Shown here one piece after another: positions 29,205 through 40,184 of a stretch of 64,000 nucleotides of DNA. The position numbers were made by a program, and so were the translations under genes. The notes beneath the pieces are model-generated. The model did not search any database. It was not told the origin of the DNA and saw nothing but the letters and a program-made list of their open reading frames with translations. Position 1 is the first letter of the stretch, and each line of letters starts with the position of its first letter. This DNA is from Octopus vulgaris (Eukaryota): contig OX597818.1 in NCBI GenBank assembly GCA_951406725.2, positions 13,764,001 to 13,828,000 on the forward strand, in the 5' to 3' direction.

Positions 29205-32015
29205 GAGATCATACAATCACTGGTACTGTAGTCGCCTTGAGATGCCCCATTTCTTCAATTTCTATTAGCAAGGCTTTATTTTTACTGACCTTGTCAAATT
29301 CTTTCGCCGCTCTATTGTGATCGCAAGGAATAGTCATGCCACTTAATAAACACACTTTTTGTCAGATGTGTTATATTAATATCCGGTTTATTAGCTTTTA
29401 TAGTTTTGTCGGTATAAACGGAGAAGTCCCAGAGAATCGACACATTTTCTCCCACAGTCACAGCTTCAGGATGGTGTTTATGCCTTTTGTCAGCAGTTTT
29501 GATTTTATAATGCCGACATATTGTTCACTGTAAATACTGGTCGATTCTGTCATGCCTTGCTTTATATTCTACAGGTGCTAAGACTCTACACACCAAGATT
29601 AGGTAGTCTAGAGTTTCAGTCCCATCGTTACAGAATTGGCATTTTGGGTCAGCTCCATTTTTGATCACATTGGCTTGGTAGTTCCGGTTTAATAAGCTTT
29701 GGTCTTGAGCAGCTAATATGAAACCTTCACTATCTGCTTTTAGCCCTGAGCTTCGTAATCATTGATGCGTGTGTTTCTGATCCTCATCAGCTTGTTTGCT
29801 ACGGGCCACATACTTACCATGCAGAGGTTTCTCTTCCCATCTGCTAGCTAATTTTTCATGTGCTTTTGTCTTTGCAATTAATTTTATTTTCTTTGCAGCA
29901 GCGGTTGGAGCATTTCCTTCAACCTGATCAGTCTGGTAGGTATCTAAGAGATCAGAAGCGAATGTTTTGCTCTATTTCAGAATAGAGTGAAGTTTTACGG
30001 TCTTTCATGCAATCGTTGGTTGTTTTAAGGTATTTGGCCAGTCTGATTGTGGTGGTTTTGTACGTAAGTTCAAGCTGGACCAAGCCTCGACTGCCCTGAG
30101 CACTGGAAATGTAAATACGATCCACGTCTGCCTTACGATGCGATGGTGCATAAAAAACAACTGGGACTGCTAAGGAATTTATGGCTAACAACTTATTATA
30201 TGCATTCAGCTCAGATTTCAGGACTGCACGAACTATTCCTAACCTTCTCTTTCATGCTTGCATACGGGATACCAGAGCCTTCATTTATTCCTAGGTATTT
30301 ATAAGTTTCTTCCTGCTCAAGTTCCTTTATAACTGTTTCGACATTTAATTCGGTTGAACTTGACTTTACCAACTTACCTTTCTTAAAGTGGCTTTGGCAC
30401 ACTTTTCAAGGCCAAACTCCATCCCAATATCATCACTGAATCCTTTCACAGTATGTAGTATTCCTTCAAGCTCTTCATCATCTTTGCCATATAGTGTTAA
30501 GTCATCCATATAAAATAGATGGCTTATTTTCCTGTTGTCAGTTTATGTAGTCAAAGTATGTTCTATTCAGTTTACTTGAGAGTGGTATTAGTGCTCTGCA
30601 GAAAATTAGTGGCGAAAGTGAGTCACCTTGGAAAATTCCGCAGTTTATGCTAAAATTGTTTGAGCGCAATACTCAATTAGAATGATATAACGGGTGCTTC
30701 GTGTTCCGTAGTGACATATTATACTTTAAAAAATCTGAAATCAAAGTCGAAATTTTGAAAATGTCCAGCGATTTCAGAATCCACGAATGTAGTATGCTGT
30801 CAATGGCCTTTTTATAATCAATCCATGAAGAACTGAGATTTCTGCGCTTGTTATGGCAGTTCTCAAGGATCATGTGATTAATTAGGTGCTGATCTTTGCA
30901 TCCGTATGAGCCTCGTCTGCATCCTTTTTGTTCAGTGGGAAAGAGGTTATTCTCTTCCATAAACGTATATGTTTTCTCCACTAGAAAAGATGTAAAAATC
31001 TTATCGACAAACATGTTATAGGCCGGTGGTTTTTGGGGTCTTTGGTTTCGTTTTTTTTTGGGGGGTGGGGGGAAGTAAGTACTACCATTTGCCATCCAAT
31101 GGGGAGTTTTTTCCGGGTCTTTCATAATAGTATTAAATAGTATTACTAACATTTTGTGTGCGGACGAGAATAAAAAATTTGGTACTGTATCAATACCAGG
31201 GGATTTCTACTTATGGGCATTCGTTAGTGCCCTCCCTAGGTTGGCGATTGAGATGTCTTCCCATACCTGTTCTTGTAGATTTTTTAGGCATCTTGGGTGC
31301 GTTTGATCCAGTCTGCATTTTCATTGTATGGTTTCTCATCACTCCAGATCCCCATCCAAAATTTTTCAACTTCTTCCATTAGCGGTGGATCTTCAATGGT
31401 TATTTTTTCTCTCCCTATTTCCCTGTAAAATGATTTGGCATTGGATTTGAACATTTTATTTGGCTTGTAGTATTTGATTCTTTTCTCAAATCTGCTATTC
31501 TCTGAGCTTTTGCGTGAATTTTTTTAAGTGTTTCTTTCGCTGACGTTAGTTCTTCTCTTGTTGAGAGTCCATATTTTCTCACAATCTTCCTGCCTTTTCT
31601 TGATATTATACCATTTCCAGAGATTAGCTCAGTTAATATTGATATTATCTCCCTTCACAATAATTCAATCTCAGTTTCAATTCTACTGCTCCAGTTTGAT
31701 TTTCATTTCGAATTTGGTATTTTTGGCTTTTTGGGGTGTTAAACAGCGTCTTTCGATTACCTTAGAAACAGAGTAAATAATTTCATTTAAATTATTAAGA
31801 TCTTGTTTTAGTTGTTGCATGATTTCTTGTGTAACGCAGGTGCCAATTTTAATTTGTGTTTTATGTTGCTGTGTAGCAGAGAGTTTATGGAGTGGTTCCG
31901 TATCATTCATATTTGTATGTCCTACAACTACAAGCTCATTCAGAACTTCCTGCTTCATTTCAATGATAGATTTTATGTGGTCTTTAAATTCTGTTTCGAC
32001 ATCATTTTCCTGATT
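29205..32015 (-). pseudogene. Old R4/Dong-like non-LTR retrotransposon (RT, REL endonuclease remnant)
   Basis: EQKGCRRGSYGCKDQHLIN, WIDYKKAIDS..HSWI, GIFQGDSLSP, LFYMDDL, YKYLGI, AINSLAVPVV, RGLVQLE; many disablements. Confidence 0.88.
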
Positions 32016-32016
32016 G

Positions 32017-32121
<105 letters not shown>

Positions 32122-32125
32122 TATT

Positions 32126-33858
32126 CAGTAGTTTTATTTTTATAGCGTGCTTTCACTTCACTACCGAGCACAGCTCTGTGTGCCTTGGGTATGTTCTGTG
32201 ATTTGTTGTGATGCTCTGATGGTTATTGTATGGAAAGTGTTCTGCGTAGGATGTGTGCAGTGCCTAGTAGTGGAATTTTCTGTATGTTATATGTGTTTGT
32301 AAGTCCTAGTATTTTTGTTATGTATTTGTCTGAATATTTTTTTATCATGCCTAATGCACCTACTATGATAGGAATTGTTTCTGTTTTCAGATTCCACATT
32401 CTAGTTACCTCTATTTCCAGGTCTTTGTATTTTGAGAGTTTCTCCATTTCTTTTAGAGACACGTTGTCATCAGCCGGTATTGATATATCAATTAGAAAGC
32501 ATTTTTTTTCTTCATGATCTCTGACAACTATATCTGGTCTGTTGGCCTTAATTTCTCTATCTGTGTGTATCGGCGTATCCCAGAGTATGGTTGCTTTCTC
32601 GTTTTCTGTGACCTTTTCTGGTGTGTGCCTATACCATCTTTTTTCTGTTGTTATTCCATAATGTTGGCATAGCTTCCAATGTATGTAGGTTCCAACTCTG
32701 TCATGCCTGTGAATATATTCCTTCTTAGCCAAGACTGGGCAGCCAGAGATAATATGATTTATTGTTTCTTGTCCATCTCCACATATTCTGCAGTTACTTG
32801 TAATATTTCTTTTCATTACATGTTTTTGGTAATTTCTGGTGGGGAGGCTTTGGTGTTGTGCTGCAATTAAAAATCCCTCTGTTTCTGCTTTGAGTCCTGA
32901 GCTTCTCAACCATTGCTGTCTATTACTTTTGCGTTTAGTTTAGTGCAGTATTTACAATGAAGGGGCTTTTTTTGCCATCGTTTTATCATGGTTCGTTGCT
33001 GTTCTATTTTTAGTTTGGATTTCATTTGTTTTATAGCTTTTGTTGTTTCTTCATCTTCTTCTTCTTCTTCATGTTCATTAGGTGGTATGATTTCTTGTTT
33101 GTATTTGTCAGCTTCCTTAAATACTGAGAACAGTTTTTTGTTTTGCTCGTGTTTTGCCGCTATCTGGATCAGTTTTCCTTCCTTCTGAAGTAGATATTTT
33201 GCAGTCCTATGGTGGTTATTTTATAGTAGTTTTCCAGCTGTATAAGGCCTCTACCACCTTCTATACGTTGTATATATAGTCTTTCTATGTCAGATTTTGG
33301 GTGATGCATCCTAGATCCTGTCATTATTTTTCTTGTTTTCCTATCTATTTTGGTCAGTTCATTTCGTGTCCAGTTAAGGATATTGTAGCTGTAACTTATA
33401 ACTGGGACAGCTAAAGTGTTGATACCTATTATCTTGTTTTTAGCATTGAGCTCTGTGTTTAGTATTGATCTAACTCGTCTATAATATTCTTTTTTTATTT
33501 TCTCTTTCATTTGTGTGTGTTGTGTCTTATCCAGTTCATGGATTCCTAAGTATTTGTAAGTTTGGCTTTGGTCTAATTCTTTTATTTCATTGGTTTTTAT
33601 CTAGTGTGATGTTGTTACTCTTAACTAGTTTTCCTCTTTTCAGGGTTACTTTGTCGCATTTTTCTAATCCAATTTTCATATCTATTTCTTTGGTAAATCC
33701 ATGAACAGTCTTTAATAGTGTTTCCAGCTGTTTGTCATTTGCAGCGTATAGTTTTAGGTCATCCATATATAAAAGGTGGCTGATCGTTTTGCCGTAACAT
33801 TTATATCCGCATCCAGTTCTATTTAGCATATCAGATAAAGGTGACAGTGCCAAGCACT
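32126..33858 (-). mobile_element. Younger 5'-truncated R4/Dong-like LINE with restriction-enzyme-like endonuclease
   Basis: HLLYMDDLKLY, INTLAVPVISYS, GGRGL; CCHC finger CRICG...ETINHIISGC; RHD; NRPDIVVRD...LIDISIP...EKLSKYKDL (ORF 32223-32909). Flanked by (TTA)n tracts at 32018-32125 and ~33870-33930. Confidence 0.92.
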
Positions 33859-34636
33859 ATATATATATATATTATTATTATTTTTTTTATTATTATTATT
33901 ACTATTATCATCATCATCATTATTATTATTCCTACTACTACTATCGTCTGTGTTATTTTTATTTTTATTATTTTTTTATACTTCCTTTAACTGTAGTATC
34001 ATTCAAATTCATCTCAGCATCAATAGGCATTGCGTCAGTAATACCTATGATTGAATAAACTTTGGAGTTACAGTCTATGTTATACATATTAGATGTGTTA
34101 GTACTGTTTTTGTTAATTCCTACATCACCATTAATAATATTCTCATTGTAGGGGTTTAACCCGTCTTGCCGATTTTATATTCTTTCTATTTAACCAGGCT
34201 ATGATGGTACCTATATCGGGGAGAATAGAATGCAAGATTCTGTCTTACGGAATAATATCTATGGGAAGCAGTGAAGTTTTTTTTTTAAAACTGCCAAAAG
34301 TGTCGCATACATATTTATGGATATGACACAGTTGAAGAGAACGTTATAGCAGACAAAATCATTATTTTCAGACCTCTTACTTAAGGGCGGAATCTATCTG
34401 CTCTTTCAACGTCCACAAAGTCGCGACTTGATTATTAGATATGACTACACTATCAGTATTTTTCTTGTCATTCGAGGGTGACATAATCCGCTCAATCGCC
34501 TCACTACCTCTATTATTATTAGTGGTAGTATTGTCTCCAGAATAGATTTAGTAAGTCGACCTATATAAGTGTTTTTTAGACTTGAGTTACGAAATAACTA
34601 ATCTGATTTATTTGAGTACAATATTTGTATATCTAA

Positions 34637-34685
<49 letters not shown>

Positions 34686-34687
<2 letters not shown>

Positions 34688-35091
34688 CGCAGGAGTGCCT
34701 TAACCTCAGGAATGAACGCAGTGTGGTAAGTAGCTTGCTTACGAACCACATGGTTCTGGATTCAGTCCCACTGCGTGGCATCTTGAGCAAGTGTCTTCTG
34801 CTATAGCCCCGGGTCGACCAATGCCTTGTGAGTGGATTTGGTAGACGGAATCTGAAAGAAGCTTGTGTGTGTATATGTTTGTGTGTCTGTGTTTGTCCCC
34901 CTAGCATTGCTTGACAACCGATGCTGGTGTGTTTATGTCCCCGTCACTTAGCGGTTCGGCAAAAGAGACCGATAGAATAAGTACTGGGCTTACAAAGAAT
35001 AAGTCCCGGGGTCGATTTGCTCGACTAAAGGCGGTGTTCCAGCATGGCCGCAGTCAAATGACTGAAACAAATAAAAGAGAGAAAAAGAGAA

Positions 35092-35092
<1 letters not shown>
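34686..35092 (+). mobile_element. SINE family A
   Basis: Full head-core-tail match to the other copies, with a foreign 24-mer near the A box. Confidence 0.85.
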
Positions 35093-35150
<58 letters not shown>

Positions 35151-35197
35151 GTGAATTGAAGAAATGGAGCTGAACGAAGATTGAACAGAAATCGTTT

Positions 35198-35290
35198 TAT
35201 TTCATTCTACACGTGTTTCGAAAGGCACAATTTACCAAAATCCGATTGAATAATGAGACCATATTGTGTCTTTCTCTTCAGGAAGAAATA
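35198..35290 (-). ncRNA. Minimal type-I hammerhead ribozyme in the 3' pLTR
   Basis: Sense sequence: stem I UAUUUC-UUC, core CUGAAGA, stem II GAAAGACACAAU...AUUGUGCCUUUC (11/12 pairs), GAAA, short stem III with palindromic loop C-ACGU-G, cleavage triplet GUA, stem I' GAA-U-GAAAUA. Confidence 0.88.
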
Positions 35291-35534
35291 GGAAATCCGT
35301 TGGAAAAAACAAAAACAGAACAGAGGCGGAGCAAAACAAATCGAACTAGGCTCCTAAGAGCCCATGGCAAAACTGTTTATCAGTGTATGTTGAGAACCGG
35401 TGGTTGAAGATTTTAACGGGTCAGGCAGCGGTCATTCCTGTGGGTGAGGGTGTGTATGTGTTCTTTGTGACCGAGAATAAAGTTCTGACTATTTAAAGAA
35501 TATTGGATGTATTATAAGGGGCGAGAAAAAATCT

Positions 35535-35569
35535 ACTTAGAGACATGTGTGTGTTTACTGTTCTATATA
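35535..35569 (-). promoter_or_regulatory. Putative Pol II core promoter of the PLE (TATA box plus Inr-like TAAGT)
   Basis: Minus-strand TATATAG at 35569-35563 lies 30 nt upstream of 35539, exactly where homology to the inverted 5' arm begins (TAAGTAG). Confidence 0.5.
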
Positions 35570-35953
35570 TGTGTGCTGGCGCAGGTTGGCAAGAAGCGCT
35601 ATTTTCTGGTCACTGCTGAGAACTCCGTCAAGGGGTAGAAAACATTTTTTGTGTACGCGTGTGCGTTTGATCGCTCGGCTGTCAGTTGTTAAACAGCTCT
35701 ACACAATGGCCACTGCAGTAAAAACCGTCGGGCGGCAGAAAAATATTTTATGTTTTATGTGTGCGTGTGTTCGTCTAATCATGCCTTGTCAAAGAAACCC
35801 CCCGTCGTCAAAAACAAAGCCCCATTCATCTCACAGGAGTAATTCCCCTTGCAGTGGTTAATCGTAATTATCTTAAAGGCTTTTTCAGAATTTATTACCA
35901 AGGGCTATTTTCATATAATTAGTGTAACCGGGTGCAGGTATTATTTATAAGCG

Positions 35954-38668
35954 TTATTTATAAGCCAGATAAGTGTAACGCCGCCAATGGGGGCATCGAA
36001 AAGCCGACTGTAAAAGTCCGTTTACCATCCGGTCTCTGGCGAACAATATATGGAAGAGTTCGGAGACACAAAGGTTGCACTTCCTTCTGCCCCTATCAAA
36101 TGGGAGGGCCACCGACAAAATTGACCATTCCAGCCTGTAGCTTGAGTTCGTATTCTTCAATCGCCATATTAGCTTGCTGAGTCCCGTGGTCTGGTGTTTA
36201 TTCATGTCTCGAAAAGTTGCGTAATGATTGGAGATTCGCAAAGCCAATCTTGACGATGAGGCCCCTACATAAGCGTAGACATCTGAGTCCGTGTAAACCT
36301 TGCATTGGTAGACGGCGTTTCTGATCTTGGAGTTCGCCGACGTGAATCTAATTCTGCTAGGATTAGTTTCTGAAATTAGAACTGCGTTAGTGTCACTATA
36401 TTTGTTACGAGAACTGCAGCCGCTTACTACTTTATTTTCCACTACGTCACTATTAACTAACGGAATAACCCCTGATTCTCCACTATCTATCAGAGTGCTG
36501 TCATTGCTAGTGCCCGTGGTGCTGCTATTGCCGGAAACGATGCTGGGGTTGCTATTGGGACTCTCTACCCTAACGAGCCGAGCTGCGCTCACCTCACTAC
36601 TGCCATTGTTACCGTCAACTACAACACCCCTATTTATAACTATACCCCTAGTATATAATCCCTGGCTGGAGCTGAGATTATGAGTCACTGTACTGGCTCT
36701 CATTTCATTATTACTACTATAATTATTCCTACTGAGCATTAAACCGGGAGCGGAAGAAGCTGTGCCTCCGGACAAAGGTGATAGGGTCTTAGTAAGCAGC
36801 CTATTATTATGGGAGGCGATTATCTGGGCGAGGTTTTTAGTGTTGGAGAAAGCTATCCTAACTTTATGCGAGTTAACCGTGGAGTAATATTTGGAATTTC
36901 TGGGGAAGTTATTGGCGATGGCTTGTCGAAACATGAGGGGGAGGTTAGTTCTAATCTGCTTACCAAAGGGAATTACAAACCATATATGCTTATTCCTATC
37001 TATGTGATGGGTCGGGACGCCAGCTCTCGCATTCGGGTGGGTGATTCTCGGATGAATAACGGGTTTTGGGTTAGTGTGAGATCTCCCGGACCGATAATTA
37101 TCCTTGTTCGCTAAATTAAATGCGGGAGCGACTGCCCCAGCACCCGCCGCGCTCCCGTCACTACTTAAATTGTTTATGTTATTATAGACGGCCCTATCCT
37201 GATGACCGAATGATGGCATCGGAAGGGCCGGATCAATATAAATTACCTTCTGCCTATAACCGGCCTTGGATAGTGCGGCGTTATAAAATTCCGCTTTCTG
37301 CATAAAAATATCGGCACTGGCGGACAAGCCAGACAATCTTAGAGAGATGTTTTTAACCAAATTGTTTGTTACGGTTTTGGCATGATTTGAGAAGACACTG
37401 ACATACTTCAAATTAGTGGAAGGCTTATGGTAAGGGCAGTATGAGTCGCTATTAAGGTTAAGTGTAACGTCTAGGAAATTAGCCTTGGTGAGTTCATTAT
37501 CAAAAACTATACTCATGCCCATTCTATTAAAAAACCTAGCTAACCTGCTCTTAGTTTTCTGCACTATTCTGTTCGTGGTGTTTTGCAGGTAAAACAGACA
37601 ATCGTCACGATACAGGCCGCCCGCGATCTCCGGGAATTGGTCGGACAATTCGTAGAGAATATATATTCCGACCAAATCGGCTATCTGCGCACTATCCGAA
37701 CTACCCATAGGCACATCAAATTCATTGGGAGTATCTTTACGGATCCACAACTTATTATCAAACTTAATAAACGATTTCCTGGCAACTAAAATCATATCTA
37801 TCTCTTCTCTGGTGAGGCCAGCCTTGTTGTGAGCATGCCAAAGGGCCTTATTTAGCACACTAGGGTTAATCGAGGGGTAGAAGCTAGCGATATCAAACTG
37901 AATGAACCTAGTACGGTTCTTATTGGGGATGGAAGAGAACCACTTCACTACCTGCGAGGAGTTGGCCCAGAGGCTGAGCTTCAGCTTGTTTACTAAACTA
38001 GGGATATATTTATCTAAAATGTACTTACTGATTATCCCGATATCAGAGCTAGCAGAGCATATGAGTCTTAGCGCTGGGTTGGTGTGGAAGTTCGGTTTAT
38101 GGTCCTTCACAATAAATCTGGGTTGCTTAGGGCTAAGCGGCTGCGTTCTCATTTGAATTCCGTGTTTAAACATTATTTCCTTAATTTCCAAGTTTACCTT
38201 CCTCAGGGTACTCCAATTGGTTTTTCTATAATTTTTCTTGATCTCTTTACCGAGTAAATCTAGGTACTGCTTAATGGGTAGTTTGTATGTGTTCCTGGTC
38301 TTGTCGGACTGGACCAGGACTCCGTCCGTTCTATTAATGTCCTTGGTAATTTTATCTAGGTATCTGAGGTGGGCATTTCTCCTGGGTGACTTCCTGAACT
38401 TAATCTTTCTAACTATGTCCCACAAGTCGTCCTCAAACTTCTTCAGTCTTGGGTTAGGTGGCGGCGTATCCAATGTTTTAAAAAACCGGCCGTATTCGGA
38501 CGATGCTGTTGTCCGGTTCGATTTTAGATATTCGTTCTCGTGGAAGAAAACGAGCCATCTTATCCGGTTTATGAATGCGTTGGTTTTACAAACCAACTCC
38601 TTAAGGAAGGCGTCCTTCGGTGGTATAGGAATATCCTTAAGGGACGCATCAATCTCGAACAACTCCAT
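35954..38668 (-). CDS. Intact 904-aa reverse transcriptase + C-terminal GIY-YIG endonuclease of a Naiad-type Penelope-like element
   Basis: Uninterrupted ORF. N-terminal SLKDIPIP...FINRIRW; SDKTRNTY (DKT rather than DKG); RT motifs FIQFDIASFYPSI, DVPMGSSDSAQIADLVG, GLYRDD, NFLDVTLNL, YHKP...YVSVFSNH; HIWFVIPF; GIY-YIG as AVY...YVG...LRISNH...KCNLCVSE...N...CPH. Confidence 0.93.
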   Translation of the reverse strand: MELFEIDASLKDIPIPPKDAFLKELVCKTNAFINRIRWLVFFHENEYLKSNRTTASSEYGRFFKTLDTPPPNPRLKKFEDDLWDIVRKIKFRKSPRRNAHLRYLDKITKDINRTDGVLVQSDKTRNTYKLPIKQYLDLLGKEIKKNYRKTNWSTLRKVNLEIKEIMFKHGIQMRTQPLSPKQPRFIVKDHKPNFHTNPALRLICSASSDIGIISKYILDKYIPSLVNKLKLSLWANSSQVVKWFSSIPNKNRTRFIQFDIASFYPSINPSVLNKALWHAHNKAGLTREEIDMILVARKSFIKFDNKLWIRKDTPNEFDVPMGSSDSAQIADLVGIYILYELSDQFPEIAGGLYRDDCLFYLQNTTNRIVQKTKSRLARFFNRMGMSIVFDNELTKANFLDVTLNLNSDSYCPYHKPSTNLKYVSVFSNHAKTVTNNLVKNISLRLSGLSASADIFMQKAEFYNAALSKAGYRQKVIYIDPALPMPSFGHQDRAVYNNINNLSSDGSAAGAGAVAPAFNLANKDNYRSGRSHTNPKPVIHPRITHPNARAGVPTHHIDRNKHIWFVIPFGKQIRTNLPLMFRQAIANNFPRNSKYYSTVNSHKVRIAFSNTKNLAQIIASHNNRLLTKTLSPLSGGTASSAPGLMLSRNNYSSNNEMRASTVTHNLSSSQGLYTRGIVINRGVVVDGNNGSSEVSAARLVRVESPNSNPSIVSGNSSTTGTSNDSTLIDSGESGVIPLVNSDVVENKVVSGCSSRNKYSDTNAVLISETNPSRIRFTSANSKIRNAVYQCKVYTDSDVYAYVGASSSRLALRISNHYATFRDMNKHQTTGLSKLIWRLKNTNSSYRLEWSILSVALPFDRGRRKCNLCVSELFHILFARDRMVNGLLQSAFRCPHWRRYTYLAYK

Positions 38669-38717
38669 TATTGGTATCGGTTAAAGTAGCAGTTTCTTGA
38701 CGAAGCGGTATGTATTA

Positions 38718-39024
38718 TGTTTATCAGTGTATGTTGAGAACCGGTGGTTGAAGATTTTAACGGGTCAGGCAGCGGTCATTCCTGTGGGTGAGGGTGTGTA
38801 GGTGTCCTTTGTGACCGAGAATAAAGTTCTGACTATTTAAAGAATATTGGATGTATTATAAGTAGATTGTTTCTCGCCCCTTATAATACATCCAATATTC
38901 TTTAAATAGTCAGAACTTTATTCTCGGTCACAAAGGACACCTACACACCCTCACCCACAGGAATGACCGCTGCCTGACCCGTTAAAATCTTCAACCACCG
39001 GTTCTCAACATACACTGATAAACA
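38718..39024. repeat. Palindrome with 145-bp arms and 17-nt loop at the PLE 5' end
   Basis: 38718-38862 is the reverse complement of 38880-39024; no mismatch seen by eye. Confidence 0.92.
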
Positions 39025-39107
39025 GTTTTGCCATGGGCTCTTAGGAGCCTAGTTCGATTTGTTTTGCTCCGCCTCTGTTCTGTTTTTGTTTTTTCCAACG
39101 GATTTCC

Positions 39108-39200
39108 TATTTCTTCCTGAAGAGAAAGACACAATATGGTCTCATTATTCAATCGGATTTTGGTAAATTGTGCCTTTCGAAACACGTGTAGAATGAAATA
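39108..39200 (+). ncRNA. Minimal type-I hammerhead ribozyme in the inverted 5' pLTR (same sequence as the 3' copy)
   Basis: CTGAAGA 39117-39123; stem II 39124-39135/39167-39178; GAAA 39179-39182; CACGTG; GTA 39188-39190; GAATGAAATA pairs with TATTTCTTC. Confidence 0.88.
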
Positions 39201-39401
39201 AAACGATTTCTGTTCAATCTTCGTTCAGCTCCATTTCTTCAATTCACCAATAATATTAAAATTCAATTATCGCACCAACGCACGGTTGCAACACCATATG
39301 GTTGTACCTCCAACCGTGCTGTCTTCTGCTGTAATTTTTGCTACCAAGGTATCGGTTAAACTTTTGATTAATCTGCTACAAGATTATTCATCTTTCTATT
39401 T

Positions 39402-39440
<39 letters not shown>

Positions 39441-39611
39441 GTATACATAAAAGCATATTAAAATACAAAATGTATAATTAGGTAATTACAATAAGAGCAC
39501 TAATGAGCAGGGTCACATGTTAGAAATACACATCAAATGGCTCTAAGGACTATATTATTTACCAGATTGGCATTTTTAATTATATATATATATAGAGATG
39601 TATGTATGTAT

Positions 39612-39663
<52 letters not shown>

Positions 39664-40151
39664 CATGACAAATCATACATGATTTTATCAGGTGGTGAGC
39701 ATGAAAATAAAAAAACCTTCTAAATAAATTTTCTAAATATTATGTTAATAATTATATTGATAATTATAACACAGGATCTGAATAAGCCTCTCCACGCACT
39801 GAAAATTGACGCCAAATGATGATATAACCACCCTAAATCTCCCAAAACACAGGCTGTAGGCGAGTAAAAGAAAGATAATGAACCAACGTTTTGGTAAATC
39901 GTGTATTGGATCTAATTTCAACCTAAAAGTAATAAATATTTACTACCGTCATCAGCACAGATATTCCAGAGTATAAATTTACAAGTATCTACACGTATGC
40001 ATGCGAGCAGCGATGTCTTGAACATTTGTTTATCCTCACCTACAACCTGTGTATTTGGAGTTTTGAAGGTGGTTTTAGCATCATTTGACGTTATTTTCAG
40101 CGTATGGAGAGGCTTGTTTCCGATATCTTGTTATAATTATATATATAATTA

Positions 40152-40184
<33 letters not shown>

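Larger units (their letters stand above)
35142..39405 (-). mobile_element. Full-length Naiad-type PLE with 3' pLTR, partial direct 5' pLTR and inverted 5' pLTR, flanked by (TA)n
   Basis: 35142-35539 is the reverse complement of 38859-39256 (3 mismatches seen: 35457, 35462, 35529). 35374-35518 is repeated directly at 38718-38862. The inverted arm continues with unique sequence to ~39405. Both ends abut (TA)n tracts. Confidence 0.9.

Noticed and set aside
35213-35407. Identical 64-aa ORF present twice (also 38991-39185)
   Set aside because: It is antisense to the pLTR/hammerhead; the identity simply reflects the repeat.
35954-38668. Selenoprotein-type Naiad (in-frame UGA plus SECIS)
   Set aside because: The ORF has no in-frame TGA and ends in TAA; no SECIS-like AUGA...AA...GA stem was recognised in the 3' region.
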